The notes under the pieces are model-generated. The model worked only from the letters and a program-made list of their open reading frames with translations, searched no databases and had not been told where the DNA came from. A DNA stretch of 63,599 bases, the filler included, from Conidiobolus incongruus B7586 (taxonomy: Eukaryota): the NCBI GenBank assembly GCA_000697335.1. It is 33 parts of 33 records of this genome, joined end to end, with 100 filler letters (N's around TTAATTAATTAA, not from the genome) between each part and the next. Parts side by side here need not be neighbours in the genome. Positions count along the whole stretch, not along the records: positions 37,433 to 40,091 come from JNEM01004577.1; positions 40,192 to 41,556 come from JNEM01004578.1; positions 41,657 to 43,157 come from JNEM01004579.1; positions 43,258 to 45,375 come from JNEM01004581.1; positions 45,476 to 46,635 come from JNEM01004582.1; positions 46,736 to 47,978 come from JNEM01004583.1; positions 48,079 to 50,332 come from JNEM01004584.1; positions 50,433 to 51,551 come from JNEM01004587.1; 25 more parts are not named here. One strand, given 5' to 3'. Both the position numbers and the translations under genes were made by a program. Below, piece by piece: positions 39,301 to 53,108 of this stretch. Position 1 is the stretch's first letter. Each line of letters starts with the position of its first letter.

Positions 39301-41656
39301 AAAATATAGTTTCAATTTATTTAATTTGAATATAAAATTTTGCTTAATAATAATTAAGATTTTTTTAAAATTAAGTATTAGTTTAAAAATTTTGATTATA
39401 AAATTACAATTATGTTTAAAAATTATATATATTCCAAAAGCTCAAAAATTAAATAATTTATTGAAATGGTAAAAATTTTCGATAATAATATAAGTATATT
39501 ATATAATAACTTACAGTATCCTTTATATTTTTATTTAATATAAGGTTATAATTCAAAATAAATGATAATCTTTTTTATAAACAGTAAATATATTAATTAA
39601 TCAATTATAATTAATAAATTTACTAACTAAAATTACTAAATTGGATTTAAAATTTATCTATTAAAAAAGATATTTATCAAGTAAACTCATTTGTAAAATA
39701 TTAACTTCGTAATATTTATTTTTTATATATCATTATTAATTAAAATACTAATATATTTGAATATAAAAGCTTGAATAAAATGAATATATTTATATTTCAT
39801 AAAGTATTAATTAATTGATTTAAATATCATATTAAAATTATGTTATAATAATATTCATTATATATAAAATAATAACTATTATTTGCAACTTAATTAATTA
39901 TAATAATTATTAAGTTATTTAATGTATAATTGATATAGTTTTATTCAACTATAATTCTCAATCACAAAATATTAATATTGTTATTTAAATTTTATATAAT
40001 AATTTTTTCTTTCACATTATATTATAATTTGATATTAAATATTAATTTATTATCAAATAGAGATAATTTCAATAATATATTTTAATTATTANNNNNNNNN
40101 NNNNNNNNNNNNNNNNNNNNNNNNNNNNNNNNNNNTTAATTAATTAANNNNNNNNNNNNNNNNNNNNNNNNNNNNNNNNNNNNNNNNNNNNCGTTTATAA
40201 ATTGAATTTTGATCATAATATTTAAAATTATTAACTAATAAAAGATATTATTATATTTTAATTAATATATTTTTTTATAATTATGAAATATAAATTAAAG
40301 AATATATTAATTTTAAAATACAATTAAAAATTTACTGTAATTTATTTTAAAATTACTATTACTATATATTTTAGGTATTTATTAATTTTGAAAAATTATC
40401 ATATAGTTACAAAAAATATATAAGTTATTTTATGAATTAAAAAATATTGTTTAAAATCAAATAATAATTTATCAGATAAATTATTTTAATTATTTATTTA
40501 TATATAATTAAATCGTTTCAAATTTTGAATATCAATTAAATAAATTATTTTAATTCAACTTATTACACAAAATTCAATTTTAAATTAATTATAATATTTA
40601 TGAATAAAAATATTTTTTATTTATATTGTAATTTTTTGATATGACTATTGAATCTATTTTAAATTATCAATTTTATATATAACAAAAATCTTTTCTTATT
40701 TTGTTATTCATCATAAAATTAAATAGTATAACAAATATGGATATATTGTTTATAACTCATAAATATTTACAAAATTATTGCGATTTTAGTTATTATAAAT
40801 TGATATATAATAACAACCATAGATATGGGAAGAAATAGTCTTTTAAAGCTTAAATGAGGCATCACCAGTGGTAAATGATAGTTTACCACAAAGTTAAGGC
40901 AAATTAAGAGGATTCACCAAATTAAGTGAAAATAGCTTATTAAAAATCAAGGTTATTGAATAAAGCAAATATCTCATGCTTTTTATTACTCAATACTTTT
41001 TATAAATGATATAAGAAAACTTAAAGACTAGATACTTTTGAAAATGAAGATAAAACGATAGGTTTATTGATTGGACTAATAATAATAATATTATTATTTT
41101 AATTATTTTAATTTGGATGTCTATTAATAACTTCAAATAGAAAATATTAATTTAAACAAGTTCATAAAATAAGGTACTTATAATTTGACTTTTTGCATTA
41201 GTGTAATAGTTAGAGTTTCATGAGTGATAAAAAAAATTATTCCCAATCAATAATATTTAATATCAAAATTAACTGATTTTTTCATCTAAAATATTATGCT
41301 AATATTAAAATTTTATTTGACGTATTTATTATACAACATTTATAATTCAATTAATTGATATAAATAAATAATAAATTGAAAGTTGTATAAAATCAAAAAA
41401 AATAATATAAATAGCAATTATTAGCTAATATTTTTAATAAAAATAAAATTTTTTAATAAATATTTTATTATTTAATATATACTTATTTATAATTTTTATC
41501 TTTAATTGAAAATATTATATAAATTAACATAAATATTATTAATATTAGATTTAAATNNNNNNNNNNNNNNNNNNNNNNNNNNNNNNNNNNNNNNNNNNNN
41601 TTAATTAATTAANNNNNNNNNNNNNNNNNNNNNNNNNNNNNNNNNNNNNNNNNNNN

Positions 41657-43157
41657 GTGATAAAATTAAAAACACTTATATTTTTACTAATAATTTAATT
41701 AATATCTAATAAAATAAACCTGAATTAAATAATTAAAATTTATTATATTTATTAATAATATATATATTATTAAATGCTAATATTTAGTTATTAATTGGAT
41801 AAAATAAAAACCTTTAAATTTTACTTAAGATAAGTTATAAATTTATAAGCTTTTAGTAATGAAAAAAAATTAAAACTTAGTATATCTATCTTTAGCTTTT
41901 TTAACTTTTTTAAATTTATAAGATATAGAATCAATTATATTCTTATATTGAAAAATTAATCTTGTTTTATATTTCTTGAATATATTCTTAAAGTTGATTT
42001 AAATCTTTTATTAAAAGGAAAGTTTTAATAGCTTTTTTTAACTCATATTAAAAGTATTTAATTAGGGTAAAATTAAAAGATTAAAGAAACTATTATATAA
42101 TTATTATCTTGCTATTTTTAAGCTATCTAGGAATAAAAGTTATAATATAACAAGAAGTATTATTTTATTGAAAAATAATATTAAATTTGTTGAACCTATA
42201 TTATTCAATGGTTTTTTTTAATTTATTGTTTAGAATATTTTAATATATCTTAATATTGATTCCCCTATTAACTTTACAAAAATATCTTATATTTAAAGAT
42301 AGTAAATATTCTTAAATAATCATTAACTTATTATTATACTTTTGGGTAGAATTAATATAATAGTTATAAAATAATTTTATATTTTTTTAAAGCATTTAAT
42401 TTTTCTATTAAATTTATTAAATTATATCTTTATTTTATTCAACTAAATAACTTTATTTTATTTAATTTTGGTTTAATATTAGTAGTGACATTTAAACTCC
42501 CACTTAGCTTTATAATAGGATTTCTTTAATTGGGGATATTTTTTCTTAAGGTGTAAATAATATTTATATTAATATAAAGCATATATAATAATATTAGTAT
42601 TAACTAATATTTCTATATAATCTTATAACTCTTGTTATATTTCAATATTAATGATATATTTGTTTATATTAACTAATTTATAGATATACTTTTTATTATA
42701 TTTATTTATAATTTTAACACACTTAAGTTTAGGTTTAAATATGTTTTTATTGCTATTCTTAATAACCTTAACTATAATAAATTAGCTAACACTAGTAATT
42801 CTAATAATATTATTAGTTGATTTATTTTTTTTATAAAGTTAATATATATATATAATTTTTTTTAAAAAAGGATTTAAATATATTGATATTAATTGAAAAA
42901 ATTTAATATATCTCTAATATATTATATAAAATAATAGCAAAAAAGATATGGTTATATATTGTTAAATATATTTTTTATTCTTAAAAACCTATAAATTTAT
43001 AACTTACCTTGCTAAATATTAAAAGTTAATATTTTTGCTAATAGTTTGCTATATATATCTAAATATATTTATTTATTATAAAATAATATACCTTAATTAT
43101 ATATTATTGTTTCAGGTAATTTAATATATAAAATTATTTTATTTATTAATTATAATT
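41657..43157 (-). mobile_element. Tc1-like family A, near full length
   Basis: Colinear reverse complement of 43300-44868, including both inner repeats. Confidence 0.9.
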
Positions 43158-43299
43158 NNNNNNNNNNNNNNNNNNNNNNNNNNNNNNNNNNNNNNNNNNN
43201 NTTAATTAATTAANNNNNNNNNNNNNNNNNNNNNNNNNNNNNNNNNNNNNNNNNNNNTTTTATAAAAAACCTTTTATAATTAAAAAAAACTCTATTAAA

Positions 43300-44868
43300 T
43301 ACTAACTTATAAAAATAAGTTATAAAATCAAAAATATATATATTTTAATTAATAACTAAAGCAAATATATATATCAGATTACTTGAAACAATAATATATG
43401 ATTAAAGTATATTATTTGATAATAAATAAATATATTTAGACATATTTAATAAAATATTAGCAAAAATATTAACCTTTAATATTTAATTAAAGTGAGTTAT
43501 AAATATATGGGTTTTTGAGATAAAGGGATATATTTAACAATATATAACCATATCTTTTTTCTCTTTGCTATTATTTTATATAATATTTTATAAATATACT
43601 AACTTTTTTTATTAATATTATTATACCTAAATCCCTCTTTAAAAAAATTTACTTGTATATCAATCAACTTTATAAAAAAGATAAATTAATTTGTGATATT
43701 ATTAGAATTACTAGTGTTAGCTAGTTTACTATAGTTAAGGTTATTAATAATAGTAATAAAAACATATATAAACTTAAACTTAGGTGTGTTAAGATTATAG
43801 ATAAATAAAATAAAAAATATATTTATAGGTTAATTAATACAAGCAAGTATGGTATTGTTGTTGAAATACAACAGGAACTATAAGACTATATAAGAATATT
43901 AATTAATACTAATATTATTATATATACTTTATATTAGTATAGATACCATTTATATCTTAAGAAAAAACATCTTTAATTAAAAAAATCTTATTATAAAGTT
44001 ATGTGGGAGTTTAAATATCATTATTAATATTAAACCAAAACTAATTAGAATAAGGTTATTTAGTTTAATGAAACAAAAATATACCTTAGTATATCTAACA
44101 AAAAAGCTAGATATTTTAAAAAAGATATAAAATTACTTTATAACCATTATGTTAATTTTATCTAAAAGTATAATAGTGGGTTAATTATTATTTGGGGATG
44201 TATGTTATCTTTAGATATAAGATATCTTTGTAAAGTTAATAAAGGAATTAATGCTAAGATATACTAAAGTATTTTAAACTTTGAATTGAAAAAAACCATT
44301 AAATAATATAAATTAAACATATCTAATATTATTTTCTAATAAGATAATACCTCTTGATATACTATAACTTTTATTACCAAATAGCTTAAAAATAACAAAA
44401 TAATAATTATGAAGTAGCTTCTTCAATCTTTTAATTTTAACCTAATTAAATATCTTTAAGATTAGTTAAAAAAAGCTATTAAAGCTTTCCCCTTAATAAA
44501 AGATTTAGATTAGTTTTAGGAATATATTCAAGAAGCATAAAATAAGATTAACCTTTCTTAGTATAAGAAGTTAATTGATTTTATACCCTACAAACTTAAA
44601 GAAGTTAGAAAAGCTAAAGATAGATACACTAGGTTTTAATTTTTATGATTATCAAAAACCTATAAATTTATAACTCATCTTAGATAAATTTTAAGGGTTT
44701 ATATTTTAATGAATTAATAACTAAATATCATCATTTAGTGGTATATATTATTAATAAATATAATAGATTTTAATTACTTAATTTAGGTTTATTTTATTAA
44801 ATATTAATCAAGTTATTAGTAAAAATATAAGTGTTTTTGATTTTATGACTCACTTTTATAGGTTAGTG
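43300..44868 (+). mobile_element. Full-length Tc1-like (DD34E) transposon, family A, 1569 bp
   Basis: Left tactaacttataaaaataagttataaaatcaaaaat is the inverted match of right gtttttgattttatgactcacttttataggttagtg|ta. Confidence 0.93.
43623..44639 (+). pseudogene. Tc1-family transposase pseudogene (339 codons, frame preserved, many nonsense transitions)
   Basis: In one frame: (M)PKSL start; KVI*FNETK (first Asp as aat at 44067); IIWGCM; DNTS (Asp at 44343); NLIKYL (Glu as aaa at 44448, 34 residues after the second Asp); KAKDRYTRF stop. Confidence 0.9.
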
Positions 44869-45475
44869 TATAATTAAATAAAAATAAAAATATTATTATT
44901 AAAATTTATTTTATATAAATAGGATTAAAGTTACTTTATTTAATATAATCAAAATATATTATAATATTTTCTTAAAAATTGATATTTTTAAAAAATAACT
45001 TTAATTATTATTATTTTATTTAAATATACAAAATAAAAATCAATTAATTTTAATTTAAAAACATATATTATCTTTTGTTATAAAGTTTTTTTTATAAAAT
45101 TAGTAAAAGAAATAATAATAGACTATATTAAAATATTTGAAATAATATATAAAAAATCTAATGAATAATATAAACTAAACAAATTGAATATTTTTTTAAC
45201 AAAATAATAAATATTCTATTTTGTAATTATATATAATAAATAAAATAAATATGAAAATAAAGATGAAAATCAATATTATAAAATAATAATTTTAATATTT
45301 TAATTTTAATTAATTAATTAATTTTGATATTATCAAAAATAATCAATAATTCTCTTTTTATAAAAAATAAAGATANNNNNNNNNNNNNNNNNNNNNNNNN
45401 NNNNNNNNNNNNNNNNNNNTTAATTAATTAANNNNNNNNNNNNNNNNNNNNNNNNNNNNNNNNNNNNNNNNNNNN

Positions 45476-46615
45476 AAATTAGTTATTTAATTTAATTATA
45501 CTTAAACTAAATAATAACCATCAATATTTTTTTATTTTTGTATTAGTAAAACTTAACCACAAACCCTTTAAAATCATTTATAATTTACAAGTAGCTTTTA
45601 GTAATGAAATATTATCTAAATCAATAATTTATTACTAGGTAAATTACTTTAAAGTTAAAATAAAAACTACCCAAAACCTGTTAAAATCTAGAAGACTAAT
45701 TTTAATTATCACTCTTTTAATTATTAATAAAATAAACAATTATATTAAAAAATACCTTTTTATTTTAGATAAAGAACTATCAAGATACTTTAATATTAGT
45801 TATATAAGTATTTTATTTATATTAAAGTTTAAATTAAAATTAATTAAAAAGATATAAAATAAGTAAATTATAATTTAACTAAAGCTTAAAAAAACTAGAG
45901 TAGTTATTGTTAAACAAAACTTACTAAAGTATAGCTAGAAACTAAAGCTTTTATAGTGAATTATTACAATTGATGAATCTTATATTCTTTTATATAATCC
46001 TTTGTTAAAATATAAATCAAGGTGTTAGATTAAACCAAATCAACCCCCTCCATAAATTCTTTTAAATAAATACTTTATTGATAAACAAATGTTAATTATT
46101 ATAATAGATTATAATAATATATTTTATTTTTATTTAGTTTTTAAAAGAAAATCAATTAATAGTAAATTTTATATTTCTTTTTTAAATAAAATTATTTTTA
46201 ATTAGTGTTCTTAATATAATTTAAGAAAACCTATTATTTTACATAATAATTACAAAATACATAAATTTAAAGTTATAAAAAACTTTGTAATTAAAAATAA
46301 CTAGAAAAAACTACTATATCTAATATATTCCTTAGATTATAACCTATATAATTATAATTGTTTTAGGCAGTTAAAAAACTAGCTTATAAGAAAGGAAATT
46401 TCTACAGGAAAATTTAATTGGTTTGTGAAATATCAAATTTTAGTTTTTAATAGAAAGAAATATTTTTTAAGTGTTAGATTTTTGTTAAAAGTATAGCAAA
46501 AAGTTATTAAAAATAAAAGAAATTATTAATTTTATATTATATATTTATTTTTATTTTTTATATATTAAAATGTTTATTTTTTTTCAATAACAAAAAATTC
46601 CCATTATTTAAATTA
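45476..46615 (+). mobile_element. mariner family B, coding orientation, 5' end cut by contig edge
   Basis: att aca att gat gaa tct (ITIDES), aaa cca aat caa ccc cct cca (KPNQPPP), tat tcc tta gat tat aac (YSPD-like), terminus aaaaaattcccattatttaaatta. Confidence 0.9.
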
Positions 46616-46735
46616 TATTATTGAATATATATTATNNNNNNNNNNNNNNNNNNNNNNNNNNNNNNNNNNNNNNNNNNNNTTAATTAATTAANNNNNNNNN
46701 NNNNNNNNNNNNNNNNNNNNNNNNNNNNNNNNNNN

Positions 46736-47955
46736 AATTTACTTCCATATTAATCAACTTTATAATAAAAATAAATCAACTCATAAGATTGCTAGAATTA
46801 CTAGTATTAATTAATCTATTATAGCTAGGGCTATTAAAAATAATGCTAAAAAACACCTAAACCAAAACTTAAATATAATAAAATTATAAATAAGTATAAT
46901 GAAAAGTATATTTATAAATTAACTAATATAAGTGAATATGATATTATTATAAAGGTACAATAAGAATTATAAAATTATATAAGAATATTAGTTAATATTG
47001 ATATTATTATATATATTTTATATTAAAATAGATATTACTCATATCTTAAAAAAAACACCTCTAACTAAAGAAGTTTTACTATAAAATTAAATAAAAGTTT
47101 AAATGTCAATATTAAAGTTAAATTAAAATTAACTAGAGTAAAATTATTTAATCTAATAAAACAAAAATATATCTTAATAGATTTGATAAAAAAACTAGAT
47201 GTTTCAAAAAAGATAAAAAACTACTTTATAACTATTATGTTATTATAACCTAAAAATATAATAGTAGGTTAATTATAATTTAAAGATGTATATTATCTTT
47301 AGATATAAGGTATTTTTATAAGGTTAATAAGGGAATTAATACTAAGATATATTAAAGTATTTTAAATAATAAATATAAAAAACTATTAAGTGATATAAGT
47401 TAAATAAATCAAATATTATTCTCTAACAAGAGAATACCCTTTGTTGTATTATAAATTCTATTATCAAATAGCTTAAAAATAACAAAATAACTATTATGAA
47501 ATAGTTTTCTTAATTTTTTAAATTTAACCTAATTAAATATCTTTGGGATTAATTAAAAAAATCAATTAAAGCTTTCCCTCTAGTAAAAAATTTAAATTAA
47601 CTTTAAAAGTATATTTAAAAAGCTTAGAATAATATTAGTTTTGCTTAATATAAGAAGCTAGTTAACTCTATATCTTATAAACTTAAAAAAGTTAAAAAAA
47701 ACAAAAAGTAGATATATTAGATATTAATTTTTCTATCAATACTAAAACCCACAAATTTATAACTCTTGTTAAATATACTTTTAGTTATAATATATCAATT
47801 AATAAATAATTAAATTTAACTTTATATATTATATTATTAATAAAAAATATATATTAATTATATAGTTTAGTATAAGTTTATTTAAATTAAAATTAAATAA
47901 GATATTAATAAAAATATTTATATTTTTAACTTTATAGTTTATTTTTACAAGTAAA
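46736..47955 (+). mobile_element. Tc1-like family A, divergent variant
   Basis: aacctaattaaatatctttgggat motif; 3' flank resembles 24380-25650. Confidence 0.85.
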
Positions 47956-49708
47956 TATATATATTAATAATTATATAANNNNNNNNNNNNNNNNNNNNNN
48001 NNNNNNNNNNNNNNNNNNNNNNTTAATTAATTAANNNNNNNNNNNNNNNNNNNNNNNNNNNNNNNNNNNNNNNNNNNNAAAATAAACTAAATAAATTAAT
48101 TAAATATAAAATATTTAATTTTATAAAATTTTAAATTATATTAATATTTAATCCTGTTTTTTGATTTTATTTAAAAATTATTTATAATAACCTAGTTATT
48201 AAAAAATATATCAACTAAAAAAATATATATATTAAAAATTCAAGATTTAATATTTTTAGGTTTTATAATATTATTTAGATAATATATTAATTATTAATAT
48301 TTCCCTAAATCCATATTATTAAAAGTTTTGATAACTTTTAATAATTTTGATTAATATGATATAATATAAGATTATAATAAATTAAAAACTTTAAAATATA
48401 TAAATATATATATTATTTAAGATGAACATAAATTCAAACTTTAATTACAATGATTATTAAATAAAAATTTATAATTATTTTGATTATAAGAATTAGATCA
48501 AAATAAATTTTAACTGGAATATATTAAATCAATTTTATAAATTTGATTTAAATATTAAATCAAGAAAATTTGAATATTTTGCACCCTTAATATTATTAGC
48601 TTGTCTTTGAATTAATGATAGATATTGATTGAAATTATAAAGAAAATTAATATTTATTTTATAAAAAATGGAAGTTATTTTCAAATATAAATTATTTAAT
48701 TAAATGATTTGATATTATTAAAAATAAATTTTGAACATTTCTATAATAAATACCATATAAAGAATAATATCAATGTCAATATATTTTTTAATTAATTGAA
48801 ATAATTCATTAAACTTATTTAATAACGTTTTTATCTTTAATTAAATATAGGTGATATATAAGAATAATATTAGTTAATATTATAACATAAATATTAAATA
48901 TAATTAATTATTATAAAAATATCACATATGATATATATGAAATAAAATATCAATAAAATTATATATTTGGATATTTTATTAATAAATAAATGATAAATTC
49001 AGGATATTATATTTATCTATTTAAAATTATGAATAATATTTAAAATAATATAAAAACAAACTAAAAACTTAAATGACTTAATATTTTAATAAAAATTTTA
49101 ATTAATATTGATTTAAAATAATAAATAAAATATTTATTAAATTAGAATATAATATATTGAAATATATATTTAATTTTTTTAACCTTTAATCTCTATTTAT
49201 ATTATAATTTAAATAATTTCTTATTAATGAAACTTTCAATTATTAAAATAAAGAGATTAAAATATTAAAGAAATTTACTAAATCAAAATATAAAGAATTA
49301 TATCATTGATTATCTATTGCATTGGGAATTTGATTAAAGCTTACAATAAAATAGTCATAATGATTATATATAATCTTAAAAGCTTTTGGTATAATTTGAT
49401 TATTGATTCAAAAATTTTATTATAGTATTTTAATTTTGCATTGATTTTACAATACTAAAATATTTTGATTAATTATAAATGGGACAAAGTAATATAAACT
49501 ATTAAAAAACATTATAAGTTTTTTTAATTTCTTTGTTATAGTTTAAATTTTATTAATATAACAATTTGAATGTATAGTTTTAAAAAACAAATCATAAAGT
49601 TTATTAAAAAAATTGACAACTTTATAATACTAATAAATTTATTTGATTAAAATTTTAGTCAATAATACTATGAGTAATTAAACTTTGATTATTTGGCTAA
49701 TTAGAATA

Positions 49709-50044
49709 TATTGCAAGACTTCCGGAAAGTAGACTTGCAATAAAGGTCACTTGAATTCGATACAAAGGGCCAAAGCCGACTAACGAGATACTTCAAAGGA
49801 GTTTTATTAAAATATCAAGATGTAGGGCTTGGCCCTAATCGAGATAATCCTGGAGCAAATATGTGTCCAGTGACTATTTAATAGTGTGATTAATCTTTTG
49901 CCAATGTGTTCAAACTCCAATTTCTGTTGTAGTCTGAAATTTTCCATTATCCAAAGATTGGTCCTAATATTTGTAAGTGGATTACATCCGGAATCGTGAC
50001 GGACGGTTAAAGTTGAAAGGGGAGCGGATCTCCCGATCCGCGAC
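49709..50044. ncRNA. Candidate structured ncRNA of unknown family
   Basis: GC- and CpG-rich island in very AT-rich unique DNA, with several nested helices and no convincing ORF. Confidence 0.55.
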
Positions 50045-50554
50045 AATAATTAATAAATTTAAAATTGTGATATCTTGATTTTGTTAAAAATTCAATATTA
50101 TCAATTAAATTTTTACAGAGACCCTTTGAAATTTATAATATCTTATATTTTTAAATTTAATTTTAAACAAATGAATTTAATTTTTTTAAATTGAAAATAA
50201 TTTAAAATAATTAAAACGTGGCCAAATTCAAATTATTAGAGTAGTTAATCAAAAGAGAGAATTCTATAAGAAAATATATAATTCATTTTAATGATATGTG
50301 ACAAAAATCTATTGATATATATATATATATATNNNNNNNNNNNNNNNNNNNNNNNNNNNNNNNNNNNNNNNNNNNNTTAATTAATTAANNNNNNNNNNNN
50401 NNNNNNNNNNNNNNNNNNNNNNNNNNNNNNNNAATAACTCTTTTAATTCTTAATTAATTTAAATAAAAATATATAATAAACTTATATTTTTTATTTATAA
50501 CTAAATTTATTTGATCTAATTATATTACCGTTTAGTTGATATATTAAAATTTAA

Positions 50555-51551
50555 ATTTTATTTAAGATGAGCTATAAATATGTCTATTTTAATTATGGAA
50601 AGGAAATTAAAACTTAATATATCATCCTTTTGCTTTTTTAACTTCCTTAAATTTATAGGATATAGTGTCAATTAACTTCTTATATTAAAAAGAATTTATT
50701 TTATTTTAAGCTTCTTGAATATATTCCCAAAGCTTATTTAAATTTTTTGTTAATAAAAAAGCTTAAAAAGTTTTTTTAATTGATTCTAAAGATTTTCAAT
50801 TAAATTAAGATTAGGGAATTAAGGAAGCTACTTTATAACTATTAATTTATCATTTTTAAACTATTTGGTAATAGAAATAATAATATAACAAAGGGTATTA
50901 TCTTATTGGACAATAATATCTATTTTATTTAACCTATATTATTCAATAGTTTTTTTTAATTTATTATCTAGAATAATTTAATATAACTTAATATTAACTC
51001 CCCTATTAACTTTATAAAAATACCTTATACCAAAAGATAATATATATTCTTAAATTACAATTAACCTATTATTATATTTCTGGGTTAAAATAACATAATG
51101 TTTATAAAATAGTTTTTTGTTTTTTCTAAAATATCTAGTTTTATTTAGATTTATTAAAATATATTTTTATTTCATCAAATTAAATAACTTTATTCTCATT
51201 AATTTTAGTTTAATTTTAATAATGATGTTTAAACTTTTACTTAACCCTATAATAAAATTTTTTTTAATTGGGAGGTGCTTTTTCATAAAATATAAGTAAT
51301 ATCTATTATAATATAAAACATTTATAATAGTATTAGTATTAATTAATATTCTTGTTCAGTCCTATAATTTTTTTTATATCTTTATAATAAAACTATATTT
51401 ACCAATATCAACTAACTTATAAATATATTTTTTATCATATTTATATAAAATCTTAATATATTTAATATAAAGTTTAGATATATCTTTATTATAATTTTTA
51501 ATAACTTTAACTATAGTAAATTAGCTAGTATTAATAATTCCAATAATCTTA
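50555..51551 (-). mobile_element. Tc1-like family A, divergent partial copy
   Basis: aagctactttataact, ctatttggtaatagaa and ccctattaactttata blocks shared with A. Confidence 0.82.
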
Positions 51552-51651
51552 NNNNNNNNNNNNNNNNNNNNNNNNNNNNNNNNNNNNNNNNNNNNTTAAT
51601 TAATTAANNNNNNNNNNNNNNNNNNNNNNNNNNNNNNNNNNNNNNNNNNNN

Positions 51652-53008
51652 AAAGTGAGTTATAAAATAAAAAACACTTATATTTTTCATAATAACTTGA
51701 TTAATATTTAAAAAAATAAACTTAAATTAAATAATAAAAATCTATTATACTTATTAATTATATATATCATTAAATGATGATATTTAGCTATTAATTGGTT
51801 AAAATATAAACCCTTAAATTTTACCTAAAATAAGTAATAAACTTTTAGGTTTTTGGTGATAAAAAAAATTAAAACCTAATGTATCTATCTTTAGCTTTTC
51901 TATCTTCTTTAAGGTTATAGGGTATAAGATCAATTAACTTCTTATACTAAGAAAGGTTAATCTTATTCTATGTTTCTTAAATATATTTTTAAAGCTAAAT
52001 TAAATCTTTTATTGGGGGGAAAGCTTTAATAGCTTTTTTTAACTAATCCTAAAGATATTAAATTAGGTTAAGGTTAAAAAATTAAAGAAACTATTTTATA
52101 ACTGTTATCTTGTTATTTTTAAGCTATTTGGTAATAAAAGTTATAATATAACAAAAAGTATTATCTTGTTAGAAAATAACATTAAATTTGTTTAACCTAT
52201 ATTATTCAATGGTCTTTTTTAATTTATTATTCAGAATATTTTAATATATTTTAATATATTTTAATATTAATTCCCCTATTAACTTTATAAAGATATTTTA
52301 TGTCTAAAAATAATATATATCCCCAAATAAAAATTAACCTACTATTGTTTTTTTGGGTAAAATTAACATGATAGTTATAAAGTAATTTTGCATTTTTTTA
52401 AAATATCTAACTTTTTTATCAAATCTACTTATGTATATTTTTGTTTTATCAAACAAAATAACTTTATTTTAAATAGTTTTGGTTTAATATTGATAGTGAC
52501 ATTTAAACTCCTATTTAGCTTAGTAATAGGATTTCTTTAATTAAAGATGTTTTTTCTTAAGATATAAATGGTATCTATGCTAATATAAAATATATATAGT
52601 AGTATTAGTGCTAACTAATATTCTTATATAGTTTCACAGTTCTTGTTATATTTTTACAATAATATTACACTTGCTTATATTAACTAACCTATAGATATAC
52701 TTCTCATCATATTTATCTTTAATCTTAATACACTTAAATTTAAGTTTAAATGTTTCTTTATTATTATTCTTAATAACCTTAGTTATAGTAAACTAACTAA
52801 TACTAGTAATTCTAATAATATCATAAGTTAATTTATTTTCTTTATAAAATTAATTAATATACAAGTAAATTTTTTTAAGGAGGGATTTAGGTATAGTGAT
52901 AATAATAAAAAAAGTTTAATATATCTATAAAATATTATATAAAATAATAACAAAGAGAGAAAAAAGATATAGTTATATATTGTTAAATATATCCCTTTAT
53001 CTTAAAAA
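51652..53008 (-). mobile_element. Tc1-like family A, near full length
   Basis: aaagtgagttataaaat terminal repeat and whole transposase relic. Confidence 0.9.
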
Positions 53009-53108
53009 NNNNNNNNNNNNNNNNNNNNNNNNNNNNNNNNNNNNNNNNNNNNTTAATTAATTAANNNNNNNNNNNNNNNNNNNNNNNNNNNNNNNNNNNN
53101 NNNNNNNN

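Noticed and set aside
49807..50046. 79-aa ORF in the GC island
   Set aside because: Starts at TTG, has no recognisable motif and does not cover the whole island; base-pairing explains the GC content better.
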